Below are positions 1 to 11,618 of a stretch of 64,000 bases of DNA, piece by piece. The translations under genes were made by a program, and so were the position numbers. The notes beneath the pieces were generated by a model. That model was not told the DNA's origin, ran no database searches, and saw only the letters and a list, made by a program, of their open reading frames with translations. Position 1 is the first letter of the stretch. The number at the start of each line of letters is the position of its first letter. The stretch spans positions 806,001 through 870,000 of the forward strand of contig OZ210884.1 in NCBI GenBank assembly GCA_964658305.1, in the 5' to 3' direction. The stretch comes from Leptogorgia sarmentosa. Its lineage: Eukaryota.

Positions 1-827
1 ACTCTTCATTTTTTAACCACTATTCAGTTTATTGACAGCATGTCTACTGTGTATATGTTTTGAAATTTGTTACCAGAAATATCTTGTTTCTATGTACTAT
101 GTATTCAAAACACGAGCGCAAGTGCAGGTGTGCATGTTTTATCCGATTTAAAAGGTCGATACGACAATCTAATGACTTCGACACAAAAGAACATGCTCCG
201 TTACGTTACGATACGCTTGAAGTGGAAAACGGCCTGTAGAAATTTTGGCCATCATTAATTTCCTTTGAGATATGGACGCAGAAATATTATAATATAGGCA
301 ATTTGTTGCACGCGAATTCGAAATTCAATGAAGTTACAATTGGTTACAAATATCGTCAACTTTATGAAATACAGTCATTTAACGTTTGCGAATTTTGTAT
401 ACTTTTTTGTTATATGTTTTGCCGAATGAAACGATCTGATTGGCTGCTGATGGGGCAGGATTTTACCGTATTGCCCACGGGCGTTATGCAATTTTTATTT
501 CCCTGTAAAAGCCTGTTCACACGAGCGATTTCGGTGCCATTCCTAGTGCGATTTTCTCCTTTTGACGGATGTGAACGAGTAAACCAGTCACGAATGTTTA
601 GGCGAAGAAGCACGCACCAGACGCACTCAGCACATTCGTCATTAATCCACTCGATCACACCTAGGAAAACAGTCGGAAAAAACTTTAAAATTCAATGAAA
701 TTTCATTAAAGTAGAAAAGTGTTAAAATAAGCGACGAGGAGCATTCTGAGAGCGAGTTTTATCACCCAGAGGTTGAAAATGAAGGATACGAAACTGTTTT
801 TTGTCACTGTCAGTACAGTATAATAAT

Positions 828-1408
828 AAACAATTATTGAATGAGGCCGAGTAGGATATGAGGAATTGTTCAGGTCGAGGTTTGTGTTATCTGCCGAAGC
901 CGAAGGCTGAGGCAGATAACACAAACCGAGGCCTGAATAATTCCCATATCCTACGAGGACCGAATTCAATAATTGTTTTATTATTTATTTGCAATTGTAT
1001 ATAGCGCTTGCAAAAACACGCAATTGCAAGGTACTGGAAATAGAACAATAATATAGTGTTCGCAAGACTGAATAAGCCAATCAGACTACAAGAGAAAATG
1101 TTCTTATAGCTGTTGTACATTTCAAGGTCGCAGTCAGAGCAATTCAACATAGCTAAACAAACATTAAATCAAACAAATTTATTTCAACTCAATATAAACG
1201 TTTGGAAGAACCTTTCCTTTGAGGAAGCCATTTGTATTTTCCACTATTTTTCCGCTTTTGGCATATGCAGAATAAACTAGTCGACGTCATAATGTCGTAT
1301 AATTTTCAATATACGACATAATTACGTCATAATGTCGTATATGAAGATTTAATGCACTGCTCTTAACCAATCAAAACTCTTGAATTGTTTGAAATAAATA
1401 ATAATTGC
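828..1408. mobile_element. Crypton-like non-autonomous repeat
   Basis: Subterminal palindrome 828-978 centred on CCGAAGCCGAAGGCTGAGG, with a CCAAT-containing far end. Same layout as other repeats in the window. Confidence 0.5.
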
Positions 1409-2999
1409 AGTTATTCTGCGAACTCGAGTCGTATATGCGCTGATAGTATCATATACGACGAGAGTGAGCAGAATAACTGTTTTATTATGTACACAAGCGC
1501 TGGAAAAAAACAACTTCCAAACCCTCTTCAGAGTGGTAGATTTAAAATTTATTGAAAACGGGGCTAAATGGATCTGTGTGGACGCCCTATCCGGATAAAT
1601 TTGAAAACAATGACGTAACAATTCGAACCCATTCACGTAACAATTCAACGTCGTGGTGAGCTTCACGTTTGCCGTAAACGTGAAATAAATCCTTCCATTA
1701 ATCGCTGCAAAGATATATTTAGCATGTTTATATCAACTATATGGTCAGTAGTTTAATTAAACACATTTAGGTGTTATTATGTTGAGTATTATTTTGTTGT
1801 TTAATTCCTGATGGCAAACCAAGGAGAAACGCGAAGCTTAATGCGCAGTTGGAAAAACGTCAAACGTAAACGGCAAATGGGAACCTCGTGTTTGACGTTT
1901 TGCGGAATACGCGAAGCTACTAATGCCATTAGTAGTGAACCCATTATGGGTTTTATTTCGAGCATAGTAGCTTATTTCCAGCTTTATATTGGTATATTCA
2001 AAATTATCAAACAGTTTATTTGGAGAAGCGCAGAAACATAATTAGGCTTCTTTTGGCTTAGTACGCGATGTCAGCTATACGTTTTCTAATCCTTTTTGCG
2101 TTCACGTGTAGACGTCAAAAACGATTCAGAAACGACAAGGTGTGGACTTTGTGTGTTTTGAAAAACTAAGAAATATGTTTGCGTTTTCAAATTTATCCGA
2201 ATACGTGTGGACGAGGCCTCAGTCAATAAGTTATTAGCACTTTACGCAGTGACGGCAAAGTGGTTCACATTTGAAATATGATTATCTCTTTGCCGTTTTA
2301 TATGCATGGAGACTGTGGAACGGTGTTAGATGTTGTTGAGTACTTCATACTATTAGTAGCATCACAAGTCACAACCTGTAAGTTTCAAGACTTAAATGTT
2401 TTTATTTTCGAAAAACATTTGAATTGTTCTCTTGGGTGGTGTACTGTTTTATACACACAAGGGAATATCATGACGGAAATCATACTGTACGCACATTGGA
2501 GAAAATGTGTAGGGCCTACACCGTGCACGCGACTCTGTAACTGATTAACCCATTTTCAAACTTCAAGGTAAACGGCAACAACATATATTAATTTTTTTAC
2601 TAAGAAATATACTCTCCTGATCAACCTCGATCTGACATATTCGTAAAATGTTGTTTTACGACGTGTTTTACAATGAACACCTTCAGCCATGAAAAATTCC
2701 CAAACTTTTTGAGATTTTGTAACGCTGGGGGGATGGGGGGGGGGGGGGTTGGGCACCTCCCTAATGTGCGCCTCTGGATTGGAGTTGACGCGAACGAGAG
2801 TTGCAACTCTCGTCAACTCTCATAAACTCTCATAAACGCTCATCCTCTTTTGACCATGTTTGCACTGAGTATTTTCGAATGTTCAACTATTCTATGTGGT
2901 TTCCACCACTAACTGATAGGCCCAAAGAGCAGTGCAATGACCCCATCGGCTTTCTATTCCCATTTTTTTCCTTAAAACGTCATTCTTTCTGTAATATAG

Positions 3000-5900
3000 A
3001 GTGGCTTTGGAGGAGGAAACCGTTGTAAAGTTTGCGGCAAACCCGTCTACCATGCTGAGCGAGCTGAGGGCAGTAGTGACTTCCACAAGATGTGCTTAAA
3101 GTGTTCATTGTGCAGAAAACTTTTGGATAGCACAACGGTTACCATGCATGAAGGTAAGAGATCGCAAGCTGCACGTTAGCCCGTTTTCCACAGCAAGCGT
3201 ATCGTAACGGAAGGAACGGAAGGAATGGAGCATTTCCTTTTGTGTCAAGTTCATTTGATCCACTTCATTGCCCAGGAAACAATGACATACGCTACGTTAC
3301 GTTACAATACGCTTGAAGTGGGAAGTGCAAAACTCCTTATTGATCCAATCAATCTTAAAGAAAAATTCTCTCCCGGATCTTCCGAATTTCATCAACCAAT
3401 AACAAACAGCCGACGAGTTTACCGACCAAAACGTTTGCAGGGCATTTTATACATCCTGTCTGTCTACATAAAAAGTTCCACAAGAACACTATGTACATTG
3501 TGGTTATACTCCGACTACAGAACAAAACATATTCTCTAAATATTTTCGGTAATGTAATCCGTATCCCAACCATATAATTTTATGTTCTCATCGAAAGAAA
3601 CACGAAAATAAATTTAAAATTCCAAATAGATAGTCTAAATAAATCATCTAAATTACGTACAAATGAGAACATGTCCCTCGCCTTGCGCTTCATGCATTTT
3701 TTAAGAAGGCCAGTCATGACTCGTTTACGATCATCATTTACGTATTTAATCTACATCACCAGATTAAAGGTGGTGAGGTTAATCTACATCACCAGATTAA
3801 AGGTAGTGAGGTTAATCTACATCACCTGATTAAAGGTGGTGAGGTTAATCTACATCACCAGATTAAAGGTGGTGAGGTTAATCTACATCGTCATATCAAA
3901 GGTGGTGAGGTTAATCTACATCACCTGATTAAAGGTGGTGAGGTTAATCTACATCGTCATATCAAAGGTGGTGAGGTTAATCTACATCACCTGATTAAAG
4001 GTGGTGAGGTTAATCTACATCGTCATATTAAAGGTGATGAGTTTAATCTACATCATCTGATTAAAGGTGGTGAGGTTAATCTACATCGTCATATTAAAGG
4101 TGGTGAGGTTAATCTACATCACCAGATTAAAGGTGGTGAGGTTAATCTACATCGTCAGATTAAAGGTGGTGAGGTTAATCTACATCACCAGATTAACCAT
4201 TTATCGTAGGAACTTGGTACCGAAAGCCCATTGGCGGGTTTAATGTTACTCTAATCCGGTCCTAATGTAGCCATGCTTATTTTCAATGGCGTAGCGTGAA
4301 CCGTTTGAATTGGGGGTGCAGCATATTTTCATTTTACCGACAGGTATCAGTGCAAACAGGGGCTAGACATTCAGAAACCCTAGATCGCCAGAAACGGCCA
4401 TTTCTTAACTCTAGCTTCCGAGTCTTAACTCTAGCTTTTTCAGGCCGATCGAATTAGTCAGACAGATTATTTCTCCTACGGACTGACCAATAATGGGTGG
4501 GGAGGTGGATGGCATATCACTGGCTGTTAGGCAAGCTTCCTTTCTTTCCTAATTTACGTCTTATACGTGAATAGATAAAGCTTACTGCAAGTCCTGCCAT
4601 GGCAAGAATTTTGGCCTTCATGGTTATGGATATGGTCAAGGTGCTGGCGTGCTTAGTATGGATTTTGGCAAAAGTGCACCTAGCTCTACGGCACCGAGTG
4701 CAGCGAAGTCCGAAGGTACCAGTGCATTTGATGGCAAGCCTGTCGCGGGTGGACCTGATGACTGCCCTAGATGTGGGAAGAGAGTTTACGCTGCTGAGAA
4801 AAAGCTGGCCGCTGGAAGGGTATGTTTTGCCAGTTTTGATATTACAATAATACGATTTATTATTTATTTAAAATTTTCCTCGGTCCCTGATTGCCTAATA
4901 GCGAACTGTGAATTTGTCATATCAACTCAATAGCTAACCAAATATGGATTCTTCACATTCATATCAGCAAAATGAGGTCAAAGAGTCAATATGAATTTTT
5001 GTTATAAACACAGAATTACTGTATTCATAGCGTTGTGCACTGGTAGCTTTGAGTAAATGTACTAATGTATACGATCATGAACTGATGTATATTTATAATA
5101 GGTCAATGGCGGGGAAGTCCTGCCGATTTTTAATCTTGTTTTTTTCTGGTCAAACTAGATACATTGCTTCGTACACAGTGCCATGGCGACTAAAATGAAC
5201 TTTGACAATCAATTACTGTTAATTCTTCACTGTTTCCGTGCTGTTGTAACAGGGAATATGCATTCATTGGTGTCATAGGCGTTCGGGCTAAAAACGAGTT
5301 CAAGTCTCTATGTAGATCGTCGGAAATGACAATTTTGGAGTCTTTTGTATCTCATGCAGTTATGGCTAACTACACTTTACCCTCGTTTGCATCAAGTAAA
5401 CAGGCACTCGTGAAATTATTACAAAATTTGGTGAAAATTAATATTATTATTTATAAAATAACCGGAAGTAAGTGAAAAAGATTGCGCGCGCGTGATTGGC
5501 TAACAGCCGTGTTGATGTGAGATTATGTAAACATAGCTATTTCCCGATGCTTCTCGCCATTGCGTTATTCCGCTTTTATCATCGTGTTATTTTATAAAAG
5601 TAATAGAAAACATTTTCCTATGTTTACATCGAGTTATGTAAACACTCGTGCGAGTTAGGGAGAACTCGAAATGTGTGGAAACACTCGCCCTTCGGGCTCG
5701 TGTTTCCACACATTTCTCGTTCTCCCAAACTCGCACTCGTGTTTACACATAACTCGATGTAAACATGGAAAATGTTTTCTACTCCTTAATTAAAGTTTGT
5801 AGTTTACACCACGTAATTTTATCATCGCAAAGGTTTCGATACAGAAGGCCGGATCTTTATCAGTGCTAATAATATCATATCATTAGCGATATTATTAGCA

Positions 5901-8071
5901 TCGATGAAGATCCGGGCTTAAAGATAATGAAATTACGTGGTGTAAACAACAAACTTTAAGTAATATTATCTTCACCAGGCAAACTTTCAAAGAACAAAAG
6001 ATTGAATTGTTATAAAAACATCGAACACGGATGTCTTATTCGGATATATTCGATCTAAATTTAAACTCGTCGGCTGTTTGTTATTGGTTGATGAAATTCA
6101 GAAGATCCGGGAGAGAATTTTTCTTTAAGATTGATCGGATCAATAAGAAGTTTTGCACTTCCCATGTTCTGAAATCAGCCGATACGACTATATGATTGGT
6201 GTGTCCCATTCTAGAACTGATCCAGTCCTAAGACTGCAAAGTTACGTGGTTGAACGGCTGCACCTGATTTTATATAGCATGAGATTTTTTTGAATGGTTT
6301 AACATATGCTCTTGCTTTTCAATATTTAGTCATTCCATTCGCGATGTTTGAGATGCTTTGATTGTGGTAAAGGTCTGGACAGTGGCTCACTGAAGAATCG
6401 AGAGTCAGCTATTTATTGCCAAGGTAAAATGTTAGCTATGTATAGTACCCGAATGTAATTATAGAAAAACTTCTGTCTCTCAAATTGGGTCTGGGCGTTC
6501 TTGACCAGATATTTAAATACAGGAGCAAATGTTGAAAAAGGTTTCAGTGTCCAACCAGGCACCATAGCTGGCCTCACATCACACCAACGCCCAAATGGAA
6601 TGAGAATTTGCACTTCTCAAAATACTGTCCATCATTTTAAAATCGACAACCATGCCATTATTGACATTTTAAATAGTGTCCGTGTCTAATTGACAATAGC
6701 AAAAAAGATGGCGGCTAAATGTTCATGCCGCCATCTTTTTTGCTATGGTCAAATGTTGTTCTGTTGTGTGCGTGTTTTGAAATGTCAACCGAAATGGCGG
6801 CCACACGCAAACCACCTATAAGATGGTGTTTGGCTTTAAACTGAAGTAGCTACAAGTTTTATAAATTCTCGCTTCGAGATTTATTCCTCCGCTGGCTCTC
6901 AATGGTACATTGGGACCGTATACTGTATACTGTATACTGTATACGGTGCATGGTTTTGTTTTAAATTTTATTGTTCCTAGCAATTGAATCGTTACATATG
7001 TATGACTGACTACTGCTCTCTCTGTGTTTCTTTTATGCTGTCGTAGCGACCTTTCTGGGGGAACTGTTTTCTAGAGGAAATTCAAGCCTGACGCACATTA
7101 TGCAAAACAATTTCCTTGCACGTCACGTTTACGCTGAATAAGTTTCAATTTTAGCCCACCACAATTGCACCTACGCAAGTTCCCTTACGTTCTTATTTCT
7201 AATCTTTTTTGCTTCGGTTCCTGATTGTATATTTCTTATTTCCCTGATACTTAATTTCCCTGCATACATACAGATGGAGATGTGCATGGTTTTTACATTT
7301 TTTTTCAATGAAAAATTTGCATGATAGACAAATTTTCCACCTAGTCAATAAAAACTAAATTCCCCGAAAGAACCTTAAAAATATAGGTGCGCTACATAAG
7401 TTATTGGACACTTTCAGTTTCATGAAAATCTTCCCCGGAACAGCGCACCAGGATGAATGAATTTATACTTTTCTCATTTAAATTTCAATTCTTTTCTAAT
7501 TTCAATGGCCTAACACTAACCTGAATGTATAAAAAGTGCAAAATATTGACCGGTGCATATATAGCTATTAAGTATTGTCTTATTCACAAATTAAAATATC
7601 TTGGTAAAGCGCACATTGAGCTCAGTGTTATCTCGGACATTGAAATAATGACAATACAGGGTGTTTCAAAAAAAGTCTCCTCTATAGAAATCACTCTGTT
7701 GTTGTTAATCTCGCGTTATTGCGCCTCTGGAAATTCAAATTAGCTTCTGACGAACAGCAACACAAACACGTGCTGTTACAAATACTTCTGTCGTTCAATT
7801 CAATTCTCAATAACAATAAAAGAACTGATTTCTTTTTGGACACCCTGTGGATAACTGGATAATTTTCAATACTCGATCAGTTGCGTTTTTTTTGGTACAT
7901 CTGTATTTCAATATCGGTGGTCCAGTTTAGTATGCTTATCAGTGGAAGGGCCAGACTGAGGGACACCCTCTTATATATCTTACTTATTTTCCAGGTTGCT
8001 ATGGCAAGAAGTTTGGACCAAAAGGCTACGGCTTTGGAGGTGGAGCAGGCACTCTCACTCTTACAGAATAA
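3000..8071 (+). CDS. CSRP: Cysteine- and glycine-rich two-LIM protein (CSRP/CRP/muscle LIM protein family); start-codon exon not firmly located
   Basis: Four in-phase GT-AG exons: 3000-3153, 4575-4819, 6330-6423, 7995-8071 (TAA). Translation: [128 protein letters not shown]. Two LIM domains, each followed by the Gly-rich repeat. The first exon starts in phase 0, so the ATG is upstream; candidate ATG|GTCAGT at 1741-1743. Confidence 0.95.
3746..4196. repeat. 33-bp minisatellite, ~13.7 copies
   Basis: Unit TTAATCTACATCACCAGATTAAAGGTGGTGAGG with recurring variants (CACCAG/CACCTG/CGTCAT); in a CSRP intron. Confidence 0.95.
5447..5790. mobile_element. Crypton-like non-autonomous repeat
   Basis: Palindrome 5603-5782 centred on CGCCCTTCGGGCTCG; related copy at ~55297-55660. 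Confidence 0.55.
7657..7847. mobile_element. Tc1/mariner-type MITE (family T)
   Basis: TA|CAGGGTGT...ACACCCTG termini; body shared with 31422-31658 and 61269-61738. Confidence 0.8.
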
Positions 8072-8292
8072 ACTAAATATTGAAACTCGCAGATAAATAA
8101 ATGTTCTTTCATTCATAAATTAATAAATTGGAAAATTGATATACTTAATAAATTTTCGCCACCCTACATCGCTTTGTATCATTTGTTCTTTCATGTTCGT
8201 GATGACTGGTATAATACAATTTATCAACATGTTGACTAGACTCCTATATAAACTGTATTTTTATTCTTAAATATCAACAAATAAAAACTATA

Positions 8293-8599
8293 CCGGGTGG
8301 CGCAAAAAAAGTACAACTGTTTGATTACTTATAACTCAAAAACCATACGCGGTAGAACCCTAAGCGGTTATAAAATCAGTTTAATAGGCCGTTTTTAGCT
8401 AATTTGTGACCGTTTCAAAATTGTTCACAAAAGTTTAAACTCTCATATCTTAGTCAATCCTGGACGAAAATGCCTGTCGAATATACCAAAATTTAAGTTA
8501 GACATCGCTGGATGCAATTAAACTCCATTTAGGATTCTACTGCTTATGGTTTCTGAGCTATAAGTAATCAAACAGTTATACTTTTTTTACGCCACCCGG
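8293..8599. mobile_element. Tc1/mariner-type MITE between the convergent CSRP and PABPN1 3' ends
   Basis: TA|CCGGGTGGCGCAAAAAAAGTA...TACTTTTTTTACGCCACCCGG|TA with long TIRs. Confidence 0.82.
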
Positions 8600-8672
8600 T
8601 ACAATATATACAATATACAATATATACAATATATTGTTTAACCATCTCAAATGCAAAAATGTTTCTGCTTGG

Positions 8673-11329
8673 TCAGTATGGAGACCACCTTCCTCGTCTT
8701 GGTCTATGAAGAAAGCATATAAAGTGGGTTTTGAGAATACACATCAAATTAGTCTATCCTAGTGTTTAATGCACAAAACTGACGTGATAGATTGTCCTAT
8801 CAGCCGTTGAACAAAGACCTCAACGGGTAGTACCCAATATTTCTCAATTGAGAACACGGGTAATGCCCACGCTGGACTATCGCCTAAGCTTGCTGGTCGG
8901 CGTTTCAGTATTACTGTTGATATAGTTATATTAGTGTTAGATATAAACCATTTTTCTATATACTAAGAATTTCCTTAATCCCAACCCAAACCCTAGAATC
9001 CTAACCCTGACCATTGTGGTCATAAAAATATTGAGAAAAAAAAGTTTTAATCACCAACGCTGAAAAAATGTGTCGTACTGGGGTTTGAACTATAGAACTG
9101 CAACGCACGCACCGCGTGCCTTACCACTTGAGCTAAATCGAGCTCGCTGCTCAACACTCTGGCCTGGATAAATGCATATGATTATAGACCCGGGCAATCA
9201 CTGTTCACAACTTACCTGGCCAGGCTACTTAGACGATAGTCCAGCGTGGGCATTACCCATGTTCTCAATTGAGAAATATCGGGTACTACCCGTTGAGGTC
9301 TTTGTTTAACGGGTGGTCCTATACCTACCTATACATTCCCCGACCTCGTATTCTAGATCTGTAGCCCGGGAAATACCCAGGACTGTGGAAACCACGAGAT
9401 CGGCCTCGTCCTCTGCCTCTGGGAAAACCTCTGTTTGTTGAACTGACACCTGGTTGATTTGTCCGTTTTGCTGCAACCTGAAAATATATTGTTCATGCGT
9501 TGGAAAATGTTCATTGTCAAGTGCTGCCAGGCAATTTTAGCCAATTTTACCTTTATTTGTCTACCCTTGAACAACGAATCTGTTAGCGCAATAGAGTTGT
9601 TCACACTTTCTTTGTCAGCAAATTCAACATAAGCAAAGCTAAATACACACAATAAGAGACATAGTCGTGTTAGTTGAAAGACGTAGTTTGATGTATTTAA
9701 TCATCGTATTGGTAAATATACCCTTTTGGATGTCCAGTAAATTTATCACACAAAATCGTAACTCTGTTGACAGATCCACAACCATGAAAATGTTGCTCGA
9801 GTTCTTCAGCTGTTGCGGAATAATCCACCTTGAATGTGAACAGATAAAACCATTACAAAGTGGTACAATACTACTCAGGACAAGACGTTGAGAACCAATG
9901 ACATATATCTTACATTTCCAATATAAACTGATCTTGCATCAACCTCCTGTTTTTCTTCAATAGTTGGCGAAGCTGGGGTACAAAAAAACATCATTCCATT
10001 ATGTCCAGGACTTGGGGTTTTAAGAAGGTACAGGCAACCTCCAGAATTCTACATGTCACTATTAAGGACTTATTATATGGCTGACATAAATGCCGCACGC
10101 TGATTGGTTGATTAGCGGTCCGGAAAAAGTCATCTTGCCCGCTCAGGAAAGTCATCTTGCCCGCTCGTGAAACTATTATACAAATAAAATTTTTAAGGAA
10201 ACTAAATCGTATTATGCCGTACCGTGACGATGAAGAACACTCCCCGATTGAATTTTACTGTCCCAGAAAAACAGACGACCCAAAATGCTGAGTTTTAAAG
10301 TGAAAATAACGGCGAACAAGACAACAGTTCGAAAACTGTTGAGAACATTGTTTTCACAGCTCTTAATGGCTTCATTTCGCATCAAACATTTGTTGTTTAT
10401 CACGACATTTAAGTCCTTATTATTAACCGAGCGCGAGGTCTGTACGGGAAAGTATTGCCTGAGGGTTTTCGTACAGACCGAGCGACGAAGGAGCGAGGTC
10501 TGTGCGTTAAAAACCGAAGGCAATACTTTCCCGTACAGACCGAGCAAACGAGGTTAATAAGGGATTTATTATATGGCTTTGTTCGATCGCAATTTGTTCT
10601 GACATTGTAGAAAGAACTAGAAAACACTTTCGCTGCTGAAACGTTCAGCCGTATACACTGGCATACTGAATGGCGGTTTCTGGCCGTTCACTGCTGTACA
10701 ACAACAAAACAATAAAAATACAACAAAGGAAAAAATTGAATAAAAAAATATAATGTAAATGTCGTGATAAACAACAAATGTTCGATGCGAAATGAAGCCA
10801 TTTAAGTGTTGTGAAAACAATGTTCGCAACAGTTTTCGAACTGTTGTTTTGTTCGCCGTTATTTTCACTTTAAAACTCAGCATTTTGGATCGAGTGTTTT
10901 TCTGGGTCAGCAAAATTCAATCGGGGAGTGTTCTTCAACGTCACCGTACGGCATAATAAGATTTAGTTTCCTTAAAAATTTAATTTATATAATAGTTTCA
11001 CGAGCGGGCAAGATGACTTTCCTGAGCGGGCAAGATGACTTTTTCCGGACCGCTAATCAACCAATCAGCGTGCGCCATTTATGTCAGCCATATAATAAAG
11101 TGACGCATTTGTTGGACTCATACTCAGATTCAAAGATACTTCAATTTCTTTCTGCATGTCTTTTAATTTTTTTGCCTCTTCTTCCATTTCTTTTACCCTG
11201 GCTTTGATTGCTTCAAGTTCCTGGTAAATTATTAGAAATGAGGGAATAGAAGATATGTGACAAATATAAGCTACTACAACTTACTGGATCATCAACAAAA
11301 TCATCCGGATCCTCGCCCAGCGACGCCAT
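8673..11329 (-). CDS. PABPN1: Nuclear polyadenylate-binding protein (PABPN1/PABP2)
   Basis: Seven exons: 11285-11329 ([15 protein letters not shown]), ~11124-11220 ([27 protein letters not shown]; donor uncertain), 9914-9972 ([15 protein letters not shown]), 9722-9828 ([36 protein letters not shown]), 9551-9638 ([19 protein letters not shown]), 9329-9477 (Arg/Gly-rich), 8673-8703 (RRGRWSPY*). Coiled coil, RRM and the C-terminal WSPY-type end are diagnostic. Confidence 0.95.
8801..9315. mobile_element. Fold-back DNA element in the last PABPN1 intron, containing a tRNA-like segment
   Basis: About 88-bp TIRs (CAGCCGTTGAACAAAGACCTCAACGGGTAGTACCC...) and a 7-bp TSD (GTCCTAT). Internal CCTAACCC-type tract and A/B-box sequence at ~9071-9143 on the - strand. 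Confidence 0.85.
10060..11098. mobile_element. Large palindromic composite element in PABPN1 intron 2 (Crypton-like non-autonomous family)
   Basis: Arms ~10071-10410 and ~10756-11098 are near-exact reverse complements. The centre holds a second repeat related to 31889-32380. A partial extra copy lies at ~45935-46065. The family name is inferred. Confidence 0.75.
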
Positions 11330-11618
11330 CTTGGATTTTAGCGTGAGGGAGACTGGGAACTACGATATTGCTCGTGGGTTCTCGCGGGTGAGGTAAAATC
11401 ACTGGTAAAATCGTGGTAAAAACAGTAAAAACCTGGGTCACTAATGTTGGTAAAATAATAAAATTGTGGGATAATTTAATTTATGAAGTGTTAGCTCGTT
11501 GCAGCTATAGAAATAGGAATAAATAGACGATAATCACAGCCCTATGAAGAATACGACTCAATACCTTTAGTAGATTAACCGAAATTATGTAGGCTAACGT
11601 CAAGCTCGCGCCTGACAA

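Noticed and set aside
67..2816. Short ORFs at the window start and most other 60-130 aa ORFs in the track
   Set aside because: No recognisable domains; they overlap repeats, are antisense shadows of exons, or are exon read-throughs into introns.
3746..4196. CRISPR-like array
   Set aside because: Units are contiguous with no unique spacers, there are no cas genes, and the context is a eukaryotic intron.
9071..9143. Functional tRNA gene
   Set aside because: A and B boxes are present, but the acceptor and anticodon stems do not pair properly and it lies inside a TIR element.
11161..11180. Apparent frameshift in the PABPN1 exon 2 A-run
   Set aside because: Recounting gives GCA AAA AAA TTA AAA GAC, which is in frame.
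11538..11596. Hammerhead-like sequence upstream of PABPN1 (AGCC..TGAAGA..GAAA..GGCT)
   Set aside because: The core is interrupted and no convincing stem II forms; too degenerate to call.
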